Assembly (NCBI RefSeq): GCF_006345805.1
Contig: NC_043010.1
Location: 43,586,001-43,650,000, forward strand
Direction: 5' to 3'
Length of the DNA: 64,000 nt
Source of the DNA: Octopus sinensis
Lineage: Eukaryota
How positions within the stretch are numbered: position 1 is the stretch's first letter; every line of letters begins with the position of its first letter. Made by a program: the position numbers and the translations under genes. This document shows positions 25,100-38,813 of the stretch, in pieces. The notes under the pieces are model-generated. The model worked only from the letters and a program-made list of their open reading frames with translations. It ran no database searches and was not told the origin of the DNA.

Positions 25100-25720
25100 T
25101 GACGGATTCAAAACATTATTGATAATGATCCAGGAAAATCAAGGAGGGCTGGGCATTCGATACAAGTCACATGTACAAAAGATAGGTCAATTCACGTCAA
25201 CAAGGACACAGCAAAACCAAGTGTTTACTAAAAACCCTCACGAACATGACATGTTTTGATGCTTCTGTAATGAGAAAAAACTTCGATCAAGAGCAAAAGT
25301 CTGACAAAAGAAATAGCAGATGGTTGTATACAGAACTTTCTAATGTCCCCAGATCGATACTCACTAAGTTTCCAACAACTGTGATAGGAGTGATGAGTAA
25401 CGAAGGTCATTTTATGCCATCTCACATCTTTCCACAGAATCTTAGAATACGTTGAGATGCTGAGACAGTTGTTAAGCCCTGGTTGGATGAAGAACGCTGT
25501 AGAAGGCAATACGAGTTTCATCAAGACTCAATACATTCTCACAATGTCCAAATAACCCAAGAATGAATGTCGGACAATCTTTACGATCAAATAACACCAA
25601 ACGTAGGGCCTCCAAACTGTGGACTACTCGTTTGGAGCGATGATGAAAGAGATACTAAATTGCATCCTCACGATACCATAGCCACACTGAAGGTTGCTGA
25701 TGATGCGCAAGCTGAGGCTG
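25100..25720 (+). pseudogene. Tc1/mariner transposase remnant (DD37D/maT-like)
   Basis: KNFDQEQKSDKRNSRW..TKFPTTVIGVMSNEGHFMPSHIFPQNLR..ETVVKPWL..YEFHQDS..ITPNVGPPN..ERDTKLHPHDTIATLK. Confidence 0.75.
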
Positions 25721-25749
25721 CAATCTTTACAAAAACTCCTGGACGGTGA

Positions 25750-27070
25750 GCAGATGTGGTTACTTTTTGAGAGGCATCTGCATGTCTTCCCTTAGCTTTG
25801 GCGGAGCTGCAATCCTCGGTCAAGCGAATACCAAACAAGGACACTTGACATGGAGAATGTCGTTAAGCGTTCACAACTTCCTGTCAGATGAACAATGTGA
25901 TAGGTGATATTCCTCATAAGTATTCTTTAGAGATGTAGAGATGGGGAAGAGTGAAATTGTTCTCGGAGAAACTCTAGGTGTCGATAGGAATCATCTGGCT
26001 GATCTGTTCCGGCAAACCTTCGCTCCAAGACCCATGGATAATTTTCAAAATTCCCTGGCATACTAGTGCTACCAGGGATTACAAGGATGGAAGTGCTGTC
26101 AGTTTGGTCTGTCCGAGATGCGCAAAGAGAGAGAGATGAAGCTATTCCGCATGCCTTCGTACTGTTTGAACGTTGCTGACTAGTGGACTGCTATGGAAGA
26201 ATTACTGTTGTGTTTAAGATGGATCAGGATATCGTTTGAGTCTCCTGTCGCTTTCCTTAGGCCAGAAAAAACAAGCAATTTTTGTCTGACTCCCATCAAT
26301 GGGGAAGACTTTGAAGAGTTCCTTCCTAAATCTCCGAAAGATAAACTCTTTATACAGTTTTACAGAGATACGGACAGAGTTAAAAGGAAATTTCCCTTCG
26401 GTGTTGGAAAGATTTTTTCAAAACATCTTTACCTCTTAACCAATGTGGACACTGAATCAAATGGCCTTCTCGAGGACCAATGTGAATGACCACCAGCATT
26501 TCATTTTCTTCTCTCTGACCGATATAACTATCCTTAGTATCGGGTGCATAAATGCGGCCGGCCTGGTATCATCTTGAAAGCAAGGTCTCTTCTTAAATGG
26601 TTTCAGGTCCCTAGGTGTATAATGTTTTAGCATCAGCGAGCTCTGCAGCTTTAGAGCACGGATATTGGCGCCCATTTTCAAGAAATACGAGTACAACTCA
26701 TATTTTTTGAAATGTGCAGCTCGATGGTATGATGGCAATGTTATTCCGACAATCTTTAGATCTCGAAGTACGAACAATCTGAACCTGGACCTCGGCATTA
26801 GGTTTCTAGTCCCGGATACGAATGGCAAATATGTTACCGCCAGGCTTGATTTCTTCAGACGTCTAGAAACTTTCTAGACGACGTTTCAGACTTTAATATC
26901 AGTGTGGGGATTGGAATCGCAATGTAGAAACATATCGGAATTACGTGAGATTAGCGCATGCGAAGTGGGGTGCAAAAGCCTCGAAACCTGTTCAGAAGTT
27001 TCCCACTATCAGGCCTATAATTACTACATTTCCGGACGTGCAGGTGTGGACATGGAGCAAACACAATATG
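25750..27070 (+). pseudogene. Highly decayed Gypsy-like pol remnant
   Basis: Scattered motifs only: PW..YKDGS, FPFGV..LLED (RT-like), ISEYVR..PI..AGVDM (integrase-like). Confidence 0.4.
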
Positions 27071-27099
27071 TCATCGAAATCATATCTAGGAAGAATATT

Positions 27100-27330
27100 T
27101 GTTAGACCAGCAGTTATGGATTGCATAGGGTGTCCACATTTCTAACAGGTTAGTTACACAGCACACAAATTTAACAAGTTTATTAAGCAAGAAAAATGAA
27201 AGGGAGTGAGAGACCAAATCACTGATCAAAGCAACACAGTTTCTTGTTGAATGCTAAGTGACTCTTGTCTGAGATGAACTCACGAACTTTTTATATCCGT
27301 AAGTCAAATTTTCCAGAGCCTTCGATCAAG
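27100..27330 (-). mobile_element. Possible solo-LTR 3' portion
   Basis: Minus strand has GATATAAAAAG (TATA-like), AATAAA about 110 bp later, and ends ..TCTAACA. No partner LTR was found. Confidence 0.3.
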
Positions 27331-27949
27331 CTATTCGGTGGGAAAACTTGCATGCGTCCTTGAAGTTTGCTGTATTAACCATAAGTCAACCCGTGCTGAT
27401 GTGTCGAGTCATTTTTGGGTAGGCGTCAATACCTTTTTATGGCAACACATTGCCTTTTTGGTAGTCCTGACCTGGGAAAATCTGAGAGTGATGGGACAAA
27501 GCTCAGCAGGAGCCTTGCTACAGTAGTATACAAACAATACGTTAGATTCGTCATGGACTATGCAAGTTCTTCCTCCACAAACCGCAGTAAGCAAAGTACA
27601 AAAACAGCGAACATCATGGTAGCTTGTAAGCAGATAACAAACACAGCAACCATTTCTACATCGAAGCAAAAATACTAACAATGAAGGGCCAACGACGTGC
27701 AACGCAGTAAACAAATCTTTACAGTCCCTTGTGACTAAAAAAAAAATCACCTCCAAATACCCACTCATAAACAATGTCCCAGACCGCTACAACACTAGCA
27801 TTCTTAAAATATTATCGCTCCCACTTAGCCTAAATATTAAAAAATATATACACACAAATGTGGCTGCATCACAAATAAACTTACTCTGGTTGGAATGGAA
27901 ACATTGTCGGTCTGCAAATCACCAACAGTAATGGTAGCGGAACAACAAC

Positions 27950-28150
27950 AGCCATGCTTTGAAATAGTCCACCTGGCCCTCTTCTAGAATCTGCAAGCGT
28001 TAAATAAAAATTAGGAGAACGCAATATGTCCAGACTGTCACGTAGCGTCCCACACACGTTCTCAGCGTATTTTTGCTGCACAGTGCAATCCTCAACTTCA
28101 TGGAAACATGGCATAGCTGGGAAACCAGATCTGTGGGTCACATGTAGCCA
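27950..28150 (+). pseudogene. Possible LINE C-terminal zinc-knuckle remnant
   Basis: AICPDCHVASHT..IF resembles the CPxCxxxxHTxxHLF motif of I/Nimb-group LINEs. Confidence 0.35.
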
Positions 28151-29280
28151 GTCGTACGGCCATAGAACTCTTCTACGACTACATGACAACGACAATAGCA
28201 GTAGTAGCAACAACAACAACTATCAACATATATAGAGAGAAATATAGCTATAGAAGGAAATATGGTGGAGAAAAATGAAGAACGATGCTGGGAGAGAGAA
28301 AAAAAACGACATGGAAGTAGAAATAGGAAAAGGAAGAAAAACAAATACTTAGAGACAGAGAGATGGTAATGAAAGCATGTTCATGAAAATGTTCAATTAT
28401 CCAACATAGGTTTGTATGGACGTTAATCTCCCGCTTGTCCTTCTCCTAATCACTAATTCTTTAAGTAAATCTTATTCTTTATTACTTTCTCCGTTTCTTT
28501 CACTCAAACAAACATTGAAACACTCTCTCTTTCCTGTTCTTATTTTCTAACAGTTCCTCTACCCCCACAATATATAAGCCTATGTGACTCTCTTCTCCTC
28601 TTGCATGACTCTTTCTTGCTTTCTCTCTTAAATACGTAATTGGTTTCGGTATCGTGAACCAGAGGGACATTAATTAATTACTTTTAGCACCAGATGTGCA
28701 GAACTCTCAAAATTCCCGTCTGCAGCGGTAAATACATAATTCCTTAAATAACTATTGTCATATTTCTCTCATACACCCCCAGCTTGCTCACTCACTCTTT
28801 TCTTCTTCTTCTTCTTCTTCTTCTTCTTCTTCTTCTTCTTCTTCTTCTTCTTCTTTTCTTCTTCTTCTTCTTCTTCTTCTTCTTCTTCTCTTCTTCTTCT
28901 TCTTCTCTTCTTCTTCTTCTACTACTGCATTCTCTCTCTCTATCACTATCTCTTGTTCTATGAAATATGTGTATGTGTTCGAGTGTGTATATACACACAT
29001 ACATATATGCAAACGTATATATATAAATGTACGTGCGTCGTGTGTGTGTGTATATTTCTGTGCGCGCGTGCTATACTGTATTATAGAATATATCTATAGA
29101 TTTTTAGCCAACCCTGCTGAGATATGTCAGCACTAAGTCTTTAAACACACTATCTTCATGGACAGAAAAAATGGGATCGGCCGTATTGGTTTCAATCCTG
29201 TGCTAGGATTTTATCAACGACCGAGTACGCTCCTTTACATTTTACAGAGACACTACGCATAAATCCGTTTATTGTAATAA

Positions 29281-29712
29281 TAATCCTTTCTTCAATAGGA
29301 ACATAGCCTGAAAGTTAGGGTAGAGAGCACGTTGATTACATCGAGCCAAGAGCGCATTATTTTATTGATTCATGAAACGATGATAAACAAAGCCGACCTC
29401 GACGGAATTTGAACTCAGGACCTGAAGACAGACGAAAAGCATTTTGTCCAGCGTACTAACGATCCTGCCATCTAGCCAACTTAATAATAATAACGATAAT
29501 TTTTTTCTAATTTTTCGCACAAGGCCAACAATTTTGAGGGTAGGGCGAAGTCAATTACATCGACTCCTATGCTCAAATGATACTTATTTTCGATCCCGAA
29601 AGGTTGAAGGGCAAAATCGACCTCGGCGGTATTTGAACTCAGAACGTCAAGAACCGGAAGAAATACCGTAGGAAATTTCGTCTGATGTTCTAATGATTCT
29701 CTTAATCCGCCG
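29281..29712 (-). mobile_element. Two tandem SINE family A copies
   Basis: Two reverse copies, about 29281-29478 and 29515-29712. Confidence 0.8.
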
Positions 29713-29879
29713 TCCTCAAAACTATTTCTTATAATAATAATTAAGCGTCACGCCTAGACGTATCTGTCCTTTAATAATATGTAGAGCGGTTAACAACTAA
29801 CCAGTCAGTAGCAATAGTAAGTAGAATGTTTGTATCGTAGCCATGTGGAAAGGAGTGTCTCACAAACGGAGCCTACACA

Positions 29880-30960
29880 CGTTCATCTTCTAGAAATCAT
29901 TGCTGGTGGCGCAACCTGAGTGCATGTCTGCGCATCGAAAGCCATGGCATGTATAAGACACCACGCAGAGGGAATTGGCAGCAGACCGACCGTCTGACAA
30001 TTGGAACGCGTCCCTTCCACAAGAAAATAATAAGATATGTTCCAATCTAAAGAAACAGTAACTGGAGCAAGCACGACTGTCAGACGATAAATAATGACAG
30101 AGGTGATGTAAGCATTCACCACTTCTGTCCGACTTTTCAGGAACAACTTATTCTACCTATTTCTGGGTAAAACAGGCCACCCTGTTCATCACCTCTTCCT
30201 AGTTCTTATCCAGCTGGAGGTTGGGACCAAACAAGACCCCGATCAGTTTAACTGACACGTCAGTCCAGCGTCCAACGGCATCGATCTGTCTCTCCAGGTG
30301 CCCAGTCGCAATCCCCCCGACTTGTCAGCGTTGATTTTGGCCTCTCCAACTGACTCATATTTCCTTACAATGGAGCCGATCGTCTCCACTTCGAATGCGT
30401 CAGACACCATGACAGTGACGTCGTCCGCGTACGCCGACACTGCCCTCCCAGGTCCAGCTGCGAAAGAGTGGCCGCCTAACTGCTCCAACTACTGCAGCAG
30501 TGGCTCGAAAGCCAGCACATACAGAAGGGGTGACAGCGGACAGCCCTGACGGACCGAACATGCGATACTAAACGGTTCCAAAAATGGTCATTTACTTTGA
30601 CCACCGAGCAGGTGCCGCTATGCATTGCAGCAATCCAGCCTCTGAAAACAGGTTCGAAACCGGCTGCTTTAAGGACGGCTTCCAAGTAGCGATGGTCTAC
30701 CATATTGAAAGTTTTCGACTGATCTAAATTGATCAGGACTCCCACCGAAGCCAGCTTTAGTCCCAGCCTTCTCTACGATGTGTCGCATAAGGTAGAGGTT
30801 GTCGTTGATAGACCTGCTCAGGATTGCGTGCATTTGTGCCTCCCCGACCAGACTACCAACGACAAGCTCCAACCTTTTCGCTAATACCTTGGCCAAAATC
30901 TTAAACTCTGTGTTTAGCAGAGTTATGGGCCGAAAATACCCTAGCACATCCGCCATTGGT
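29880..30960 (-). pseudogene. Tx1/L1-clade LINE reverse transcriptase
   Basis: FRPITLLNTEFKILAKVLAKRL; LINLDQSKTFNMVDHRYL; SVRQGCPLSPLLYVLA; AYADDVTV; AKINADKS. Frameshifted. Confidence 0.9.
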
Positions 30961-30974
30961 ATGATAAGAAAGGG

Positions 30975-31260
30975 ATGTCAGAAACATCTAGATAATATCC
31001 CAGAAGTACCATGTCTCAGAGAAATCCTAAAGATTGTGCTGACAAGTACTGTCCATATCCTTAGAAAAACCTTATCAATTTAAATGTCTGTGTTGTATTA
31101 CATGGAGATATTTCGCTTCTGCCCCTGTCACTTCCCCACGCTTTCTGTCATACAGTAAAATCTCTTATTCTTCACTCACCCTAGGATGTTGGGTGTGTCT
31201 CGGCGTGTGATTTTAACAAACATGCAGATTAAAAGTAAATTATAATGGTGATGATGATGA
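30975..31260 (+). pseudogene. R4/Dong-clade 3' end
   Basis: DNIPEVPCLREILKIVLTSTVHILRKTLSI* resembles IQKxxLLGTAHILRKVL, followed by a UTR and (GAT)n. Confidence 0.65.
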
Positions 31261-32020
31261 GGAGGAGGATGGGGAGGACGAGGATTTCTATCAATGACTG
31301 TAAAATACAAAGAAATACAAAGATATGTTATACAAGGGGATTCCAAAGATATGTAGGTTGGGTGGAGACAGACAATTTATACAAAAATGAGGGGAAGGAT
31401 GAAAGGCGTTTTACAATATATAATGGGACAAAATAAGAAGTTATAAAATAGCCAAACTATTTACACGGACTAAATAAATAACGATAAAACACACAGTTAA
31501 AACAATATACCCATATAAAAGTAAAACAACTTGCGTTACTCTGCACACCCCACTTTCTTGATTAATCAACCAAATAAGATGTCGTATATACTCCCTCTCC
31601 TAATAAAGGAGATTTCACTTAAGATAGCCATCAATTCTGTTTCTAAATCTTCGTTGAATGCAACGAAGAAAACTCCGAAGACTTTGCAAAGTATTGTTGA
31701 ATTACCTTCTTCGTCTCATAAGTCTCCGTGATAGATTGTAGAAGGCTGGCATCAGCTTGGAGACGACATGCTTTCAAACTTTAGTTTTTTCAGCCAAATG
31801 TTTCATATTGAGAGGCATTTGTTCGAAAGAATATTTGCAGGAAATCGTTTCGTTCCTCTTGTTCACATTTGATGTAGGATAAGCATGTATACAGTTGCTG
31901 ATGTTATTGTTGCTGCTTCTAAATGTTATCTCTATCGCTATATTTTTCTCTTCGATGATATCATTTTTTATTATCTACCATTTGTTTGTTTGCGTGTTCT
32001 TTAATATTGGCTTCAAATGT

Positions 32021-32482
32021 TGGCATAAAGCCAGCAAGTTGGGGATAAATCGATTTCATCGATCCCAGTGTTCAACTGGTACTTATTTTATCGACCCCCA
32101 AAAGGATGAAAGGCAAAGTTGACCTCATCGAAATTTGAGCGCAGAACGTGAAGATGAACGAAATACCTATTTCTTTATTACCCACAAGGGGCTAAACACA
32201 GAGGGGACAAACAAGGACAGACATAGGTATTAAGTCGATTACATCGACTCCAGTGCGTAACTGGTACTTAATTTATCGACCCCGAAAGGATGAAAGGCAA
32301 AGTCGACCTCGGCGGAATTTGAACTCACAACGTAACGCAGACGAAATACCGCTAAGCATTTCGCCTGGCGTGCTAACGTTTCTGCCAGCTCGCCGCCTTG
32401 CCCGGCGTGCTAAAGTTTCTGCTAGCTCGAAATACCGCTAAGCATTTTGTTCGACGGGCTAACGATCCTGCCAGCTCGCCGC
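32021..32482 (-). mobile_element. Three stacked SINE family A pieces
   Basis: Repeated TCGACCCC(G)AAAGGATGAAAGGCAAAGT and CTGCCAGCTCGCCGC segments. Confidence 0.85.
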
Positions 32483-33214
32483 TGTTGTGTGTTCTTGAAT
32501 ACTGTTTCAAGTTTAGGGAGTATGGTTATTTTTCTTTGTTCAACGTAATCCGTCTGGGGAACGTAGGCCAGAAACGAAGGAGCCATTTCTTGCCTTAGCG
32601 TTTGATGGAAAAATATAACTGAAATGTTTTTAAAAGTCAACCTTCTTGTACAACCCACGAAGGTATAGATTCTCTAAACTGTTCAATAATAGTCCATGTC
32701 GGAAATAAAATCTAAAATGAAGATCTTTTCATTCAGTTACACTTGTTAAATATCGAGAAATACAATTACACACTGTCAATTGTTTCACCCACGCTTCATC
32801 AGTGATCAAACGTAGCTATAAGCATCTAAGCACGAATGGTCGTAATATATTTTAACGAAATCTACTTGAAGGTGAATTACATCTCTACAATATATCTGAG
32901 AAATTCGAAAGCTACGATGGGCCAGGCCGAAGAACATCTCGAAAGAGGAGTGTAACCACAATCAACCTAGACATTACAATTTTATAAAAATTATCCCTAC
33001 ATACATATATTTACATACGGTTGCACACATGTGTGTGTATGTACGTATATATATACACACACGCATATACATTATGTATGTATGTATGTATGTATGTAGT
33101 GTTCTCTTCTTTTTTAATTATTTGAAGGTGCGGGTTTCTAACAAAGATACAAATCTCCATCCTTGGAATGTTGATGACAAAAACAATGTCACATTTTCAA
33201 CTTGAGAAAAGTCT

Positions 33215-33285
<71 letters not shown>

Positions 33286-33527
33286 TATTTATTTAAAATT
33301 AAGGATAAAATCTTTATAAGAAATTATCAGTAGTTAGCGTGAAAAACCTCGTAAGAGAAAAATCTGTAAATTTTTCCACTTTGAAAATATTTATTTATAT
33401 TATATAGAGGGTACTATTATTCATAGGTACCGCACGCTAGGAGGGACTATTGCAGTCGAAACTACTAAAATAAACAAATTGTACCGAATGCAAAACTTCA
33501 AAGCAAGTCAGTTAGAAACAGAATTTA

Positions 33528-33591
33528 GTTACATATCACCTGTGATTTCGCAATCAATGCAGAATATGCATTCTATGCTCTTCAGTGCAAC
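33528..33591 (-). ncRNA. Type I hammerhead ribozyme
   Basis: Exact reverse complement of 34042-34105. Confidence 0.85.
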
Positions 33592-34041
33592 GAACTCAAG
33601 ACATATAAGAAAAACACAACATTACAAACCCGACATTCAACCGTAGAATTCGCCGCAGCATGTACGAATGTTTATCTTTACATATCTATGAAAATGGCGG
33701 GCTTATTCGCAATGCATTTCGGTAACAACCTGCCTACTCGGAACAAAAATTCAGTATTGAACTATTCCGGTGAAAAATATAAATTTAAAATTAAGGATAA
33801 AATCTTTATGAGAAATTATCAGTAGTTAGCGTGAAAAACCTCGTAAGAGTTAAAAATTTGTAAAGTTTTCCACTTTGAAAATATTTATTTATATTATATA
33901 GAGGGTACTATTATTCATAGGTACCGCACACGAGGAGGGACTATTGCAGTCAAAACTACTAAAATAAACAAATTGTACCGAATGCAAAACTTCAAAGCAA
34001 GTTATATGTCTTGAGTTATATGTCTTATATGTCTTGAGTTC

Positions 34042-34105
34042 GTTGCACTGAAGAGCATAGAATGCATATTCTGCATTGATTGCGAAATCACAGGTGATAT
34101 GTAAC
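34042..34105 (+). ncRNA. Type I hammerhead ribozyme
   Basis: Helix I GTTGCA/TGTAAC; core CTGAAGA; helix II GCA/TGC plus AATGCA/TGCATT; GAAA; helix III ATCA/TGAT with CAGG loop; AUA cleavage triplet (cut after 34099). Confidence 0.85.
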
Positions 34106-34249
34106 TAAATTCTGTTTCTAAATGACTTGCTTTGAAGTTTTGCATTCGGTACAATTTGTTTATTTTAGTAGTTTTGACTGCAATAGTCCCTCCTAGCGTG
34201 CGGTACCTATGAATAATAGTACCCTCTATATAATATATACATATATATA

Positions 34250-34330
<81 letters not shown>

Positions 34331-34341
34331 GTATATATAAT

Positions 34342-34441
<100 letters not shown>

Positions 34442-34443
34442 AT

Positions 34444-34505
<62 letters not shown>

Positions 34506-34510
34506 ATAAA

Positions 34511-34797
34511 TGTGGAGGCGCAATGGCCTAGTGGTTAGGGCAGCGGTCGCAGGATCGCGGTTTCGATTCCCAGACCGGGCGTTGTGAGTGTTTATTGAGC
34601 GAAAACACCTAAAAGCTCCACGAGGCTCCGGCAGGGGGTGGTGATCCATGCTGTACTCTTTCACCACTCTTTCTTCTGTTGGCCTGCTCGCGTAGCCAGC
34701 AGGGTGGCGTCATTCGAAGGCTAAAACAATGCGAACGCATTGTGACCAGCGATGTGAACAACATCTGATGGTCTGGTCGGTCACGTGATCACGTGAT
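34511..34797 (+). mobile_element. tRNA-derived SINE, family D
   Basis: A box TGGCCTAGTGG (34524-34534), B box GGTTTCGATTCC (34559-34570), tail CAACATCTGATGGTCTGGTCGGTCACGTGAT. Confidence 0.85.
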
Positions 34798-35399
34798 ATA
34801 TATATATATATATATGGATGCAGGTGAGGTCTTGCTCCAGTCTCGGAGATGGCAATGGCTGCCGCGAAATCTCATCCAATATGGCGCTGACTGTTTGCGC
34901 TGCGACACGGTCCTTAGTGGAGTTCTCTCTCACTAATAGCTATTATTACAGCTTCATACTCAACCCGGTGTGATAAATGAGACATTTTCAGATTTGAAAT
35001 TTCCCCTCCCTTCCCTTTCTCAGACTGTTCTTTTCTTCCTCTGCGAACCTTTACTCTTTCCTCTTTGTGATGAAGAGCTATGTTCCAAATGTTTCACCCC
35101 AACTTTTTTTTCCATCTTAAACTGAACGTCAACCTAATACATTCACAGACAGATTTTTTTTACTTTTGTTGTTTGTGTTATTTTTATGTTTTTATTTTTT
35201 GTTTGAGTTATAATTTGCCTACACACACACACACACACACACACTCACACACACACAAAGAGAGGATCATTTTAAATCTCTTCAAACCTCTTCAAGATTT
35301 TTTTTTTAATTTTCAACAGATTATTTTCAAAAAGTATAGTTATAGTATACTTTTTCATACTGCTGACTAAAATCACATTGATTTTTTTCTGGAAATTAC

Positions 35400-35616
35400 T
35401 AATCCTTTCTGCTATAGGAACAAGGCCTGAAATTTGTGGGGGAGGGGATAAGTCGATCACATCGATCCCAGTACTTGGCTGGTACTTAATTTATCGACCC
35501 CGAAAGGATGAATGGCAAAGTCGGCCTCGGTGGAATTTGAACTCAGAATGTAAAGATGCACGAAATGCAGCTAAGCATTCTGCCCAACGTGCTTACGACT
35601 CTGCCAGCTCGCCGCC
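35400..35616 (-). mobile_element. SINE family A
   Basis: Reverse match to 333-550. Confidence 0.85.
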
Positions 35617-37678
35617 TTTTTCTGGAAATTGATAAAATACAGTTTCAAGCATTTAAAATAATGTAAGTCAACAGCCTCAATTGCCAGACACACCGGAAGT
35701 CGTTATTTTTTGGAAGCAGCACACACGAAATCTTCACTTGGTCTCTCGGCCTGCTAGAAATAGCCACCAACTCTTCCTTAAACTATGCTATAGTATCTAA
35801 AGTACTAAAAAGATGAAACATTGTGCCATAGTTTCGTTTATTTCCTTGCCTGAGGCAGCTCCAGTGATTTCCACTAGTAACATTTAAATTAAAATCAATG
35901 TCCATGGATGTGTCGGACTCACGACCCTTCAAACATTTACTGCACCTTACAGATCGATATGTTATGTATTTCTCTTCTTATAACAAAACTGTAAACAGTG
36001 TATGAAGTGTGGCGTTGATACTGCTGTTGCTAATGATAATGATGGTATTGGTGGTATTCTTTCTCTACCACCAAACCATTTACCTTTTACTTGTTTCAAT
36101 CCTTAGTCTGCCGCCATGCTGATGCGCCGCCTTCACGAATTTTCTGTCGAATTAATCAAACTTAGTACTTGTCCTTTTTTCAGCATGGTACTTATTCTCT
36201 CAGTATTTTTGCTTCTTACCACACAGCCAGACAATTTTACCATGACAAAAGAGGAAGTACAGTTAATATCGATCTGTTAGAAGGGTCGTGAGTTCAATAA
36301 AAGTTTACTTTCGTGGAGATTGACTTGAATTTAAATGTAATTAATAACACTCAACATGTAGGCTTACCTCAAGTAATGAAATAAATGATACTGTGACATA
36401 ATGTTTCGTCCTTTTCTTTAGACGTTATGGTATAGTTTAACCATTTAACATTTAAATTGTCCATATCAGGCCCAAATATTCTACCTGCTTTATGTTCAAA
36501 ATGGCTAATTTTAGTACTTCACATTTAACGGATTTAATTGATTTGTAAACATTATTATGAATTTGTTGGGGTCAGCAACTGTAACGGCAGAAATGGATTT
36601 TGTAAACAATATAATGAAATGTCGGAGTCAGTTGGTGTGACGATAAAAAGTTGTTGTTATGATTGCTTACTGTAGGATGGGAAAGATAGACAATGCATGA
36701 AGTTTTAAGGAAACATTTATTTACCGTTACGTTACAATACCTTGCCTCGACGGGTAGGTTTTGATAAATCCAAAAGCATGCGAAGTAAAGTTTGAGTTTG
36801 GGTTCTCTTTGTTGTTTAGTAGTAATTGCAAAGACAGATAGAATGATGTTGTAAGAGAACAGAATTAGAGCTAGTGAGATTTGTAGGGTCTTGTCTCACA
36901 GTTGCTTTCTCCATCTGACCAAGGTTGGTCAGCCAGACCTCGTTGAGTCGTCACCGACTGTGACTAACTGATTTTTGCTTGGGGTATGCTAGCTTATATA
37001 AAGATCCAGAAGGATAGATATATCATTGAGAACAATAGATTTAGTTGGTGGTCTTGTTATCTCTATTCTAGCTTTTGGTGAAGTAGAAGAGGTTAGAAAG
37101 GGTCAAGTGGTGAAGACATTATTTCGGCCTAGCTAAAGGCATCTGGAAGATGTAAATACTGCTGTCAGAGTAAAACAATTGTTCCCTCGTGGGAAAAGTT
37201 CTGTTGCAGTGTTAATTTAAATTTGACTGTGGTGGATCGAATCCACTTCATGCATGCAAGGTTCACTACACACACATATTCTAAAGTGTCATTCTAATAA
37301 TGAACAATCACATCTTGATATCTTGAAGGTTCAAGATAATACATGATTGAAGAAGCCAATAGACAAAAATTACATAATTTTAAATGCTTGTAACTTTTAT
37401 TATTAATTTCTAGAAAAAAGTCAATATGACTTTGGTCATCAGCATTAGATCTTTTAAAAATAATCTGGTGAAATTTTTTAAAAAACTTGATATTGCTGGA
37501 AGAAATTTCACAAGATCTTATACACATACATGCGCGCGCATGTCTGTGTAGTGTAGTGTGTGTGTGTTGGCTGGCGGGCGTGCGTAAAGCTATCAGAAAT
37601 GAGTTTGTGATGCTGTTTTGTGCGGGTATAATGTGTATTTGTGCGAGTGTGTGTTAGTGTGTGTGTGTGTGTGTGTGT

Positions 37679-37715
<37 letters not shown>

Positions 37716-38019
37716 GTGCGTGTGTGCTCGTTTACAGTTGGTTCGTGTGTATGTGGCTATCAGACAAATTAAGTATGTGCGCCTGAAGCAAATGTGTATA
37801 TTTCGTGTCTTAGTGCGTGTGTATACGTGTATATAGGCACGTGTATGTGTGTGAGACTCTCTGACGCATGTGTGTGAATGTAATAAGAGGATACTGTCAT
37901 ATGGGATAGAAGTGTTAGGTGAAATGGAGATGACAAAAGTTTGTAGATGTTGGGAAGAGTGGGTACTAGTGAGTCTGGAATTGGAAGGAGTGTGTGTTTT
38001 TGTGTGTGTGTGTGTGCGT

Positions 38020-38061
<42 letters not shown>

Positions 38062-38813
38062 CTGATAGTGTGTAGAGTAGGAAAGAGAAATTGAGTTTCA
38101 TTCACATATATGTGCACACTAACATACACATGCATACACACACATACACAGATATAGGCATAAACAATACACATATCTAAGGCTGAAGCATCGAAAGTGA
38201 ACGGAAACATCTCATGACATAAAAATTAAAATCTTTTAAATTCATTTCCTTCACGCACTGAAAAAATTATGAGGAAGAAATTAAGTCTTTGAACATCGTT
38301 GTGTACTTAAGAAGTAAAATAATTTATAAATCCAAGCAGATATCTAGAAAGCACTTGGTGTTAAACAAACTTGGTTAGCTATATCAAACAATCAGCAATA
38401 AATTCAAGTAGAATTCATATCCAAGGTAATCCGTTATATATGACAAGTAAATCCAAATATCGCTCAGAAGAATTTCAAGAAATTTGGAATATAAGACAAG
38501 AAAATGGAGAAAATCACATCTTTAAATGATGATTACACCATATATTACCGACAATGGTTTTTTATTGTGCCAGCCTATTTAGATACAGAAAAAAAACGGA
38601 TAAAACACCAGTCAAATTAACAGAATCAAAAATATATGCTACCACAATGTTATCAAGGTAATCCAAAGTGGATGACTTCAAACTGAACTAAGAATACATC
38701 TCCGATAGACGAACGCATACAAAAATAACGTTAAGAAGAAATATTATATTCTAAGTCAGTTTAGTACTTAACTTTTTGTAATGCTTCTTTCACCTGAGGA
38801 CGTAGCTTAAATA

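Larger units (their letters stand above)
33291..34237. mobile_element. Non-coding ~492-bp hammerhead-carrying unit in partial tandem plus inverted arrangement (retrozyme- or Penelope pLTR-like)
   Basis: 33291-33508 repeats at 33783-34002; 34025-34237 is the reverse complement of 33396-33608; (TA)n on both sides. Confidence 0.85.

Noticed and set aside
31520-31860. High-complexity segment as a possible exon
   Set aside because: Stops in the frames I translated and no recognisable family.
38300-38700. Possible LINE ORF1-like remnant
   Set aside because: Multiple stops and only vague resemblance.
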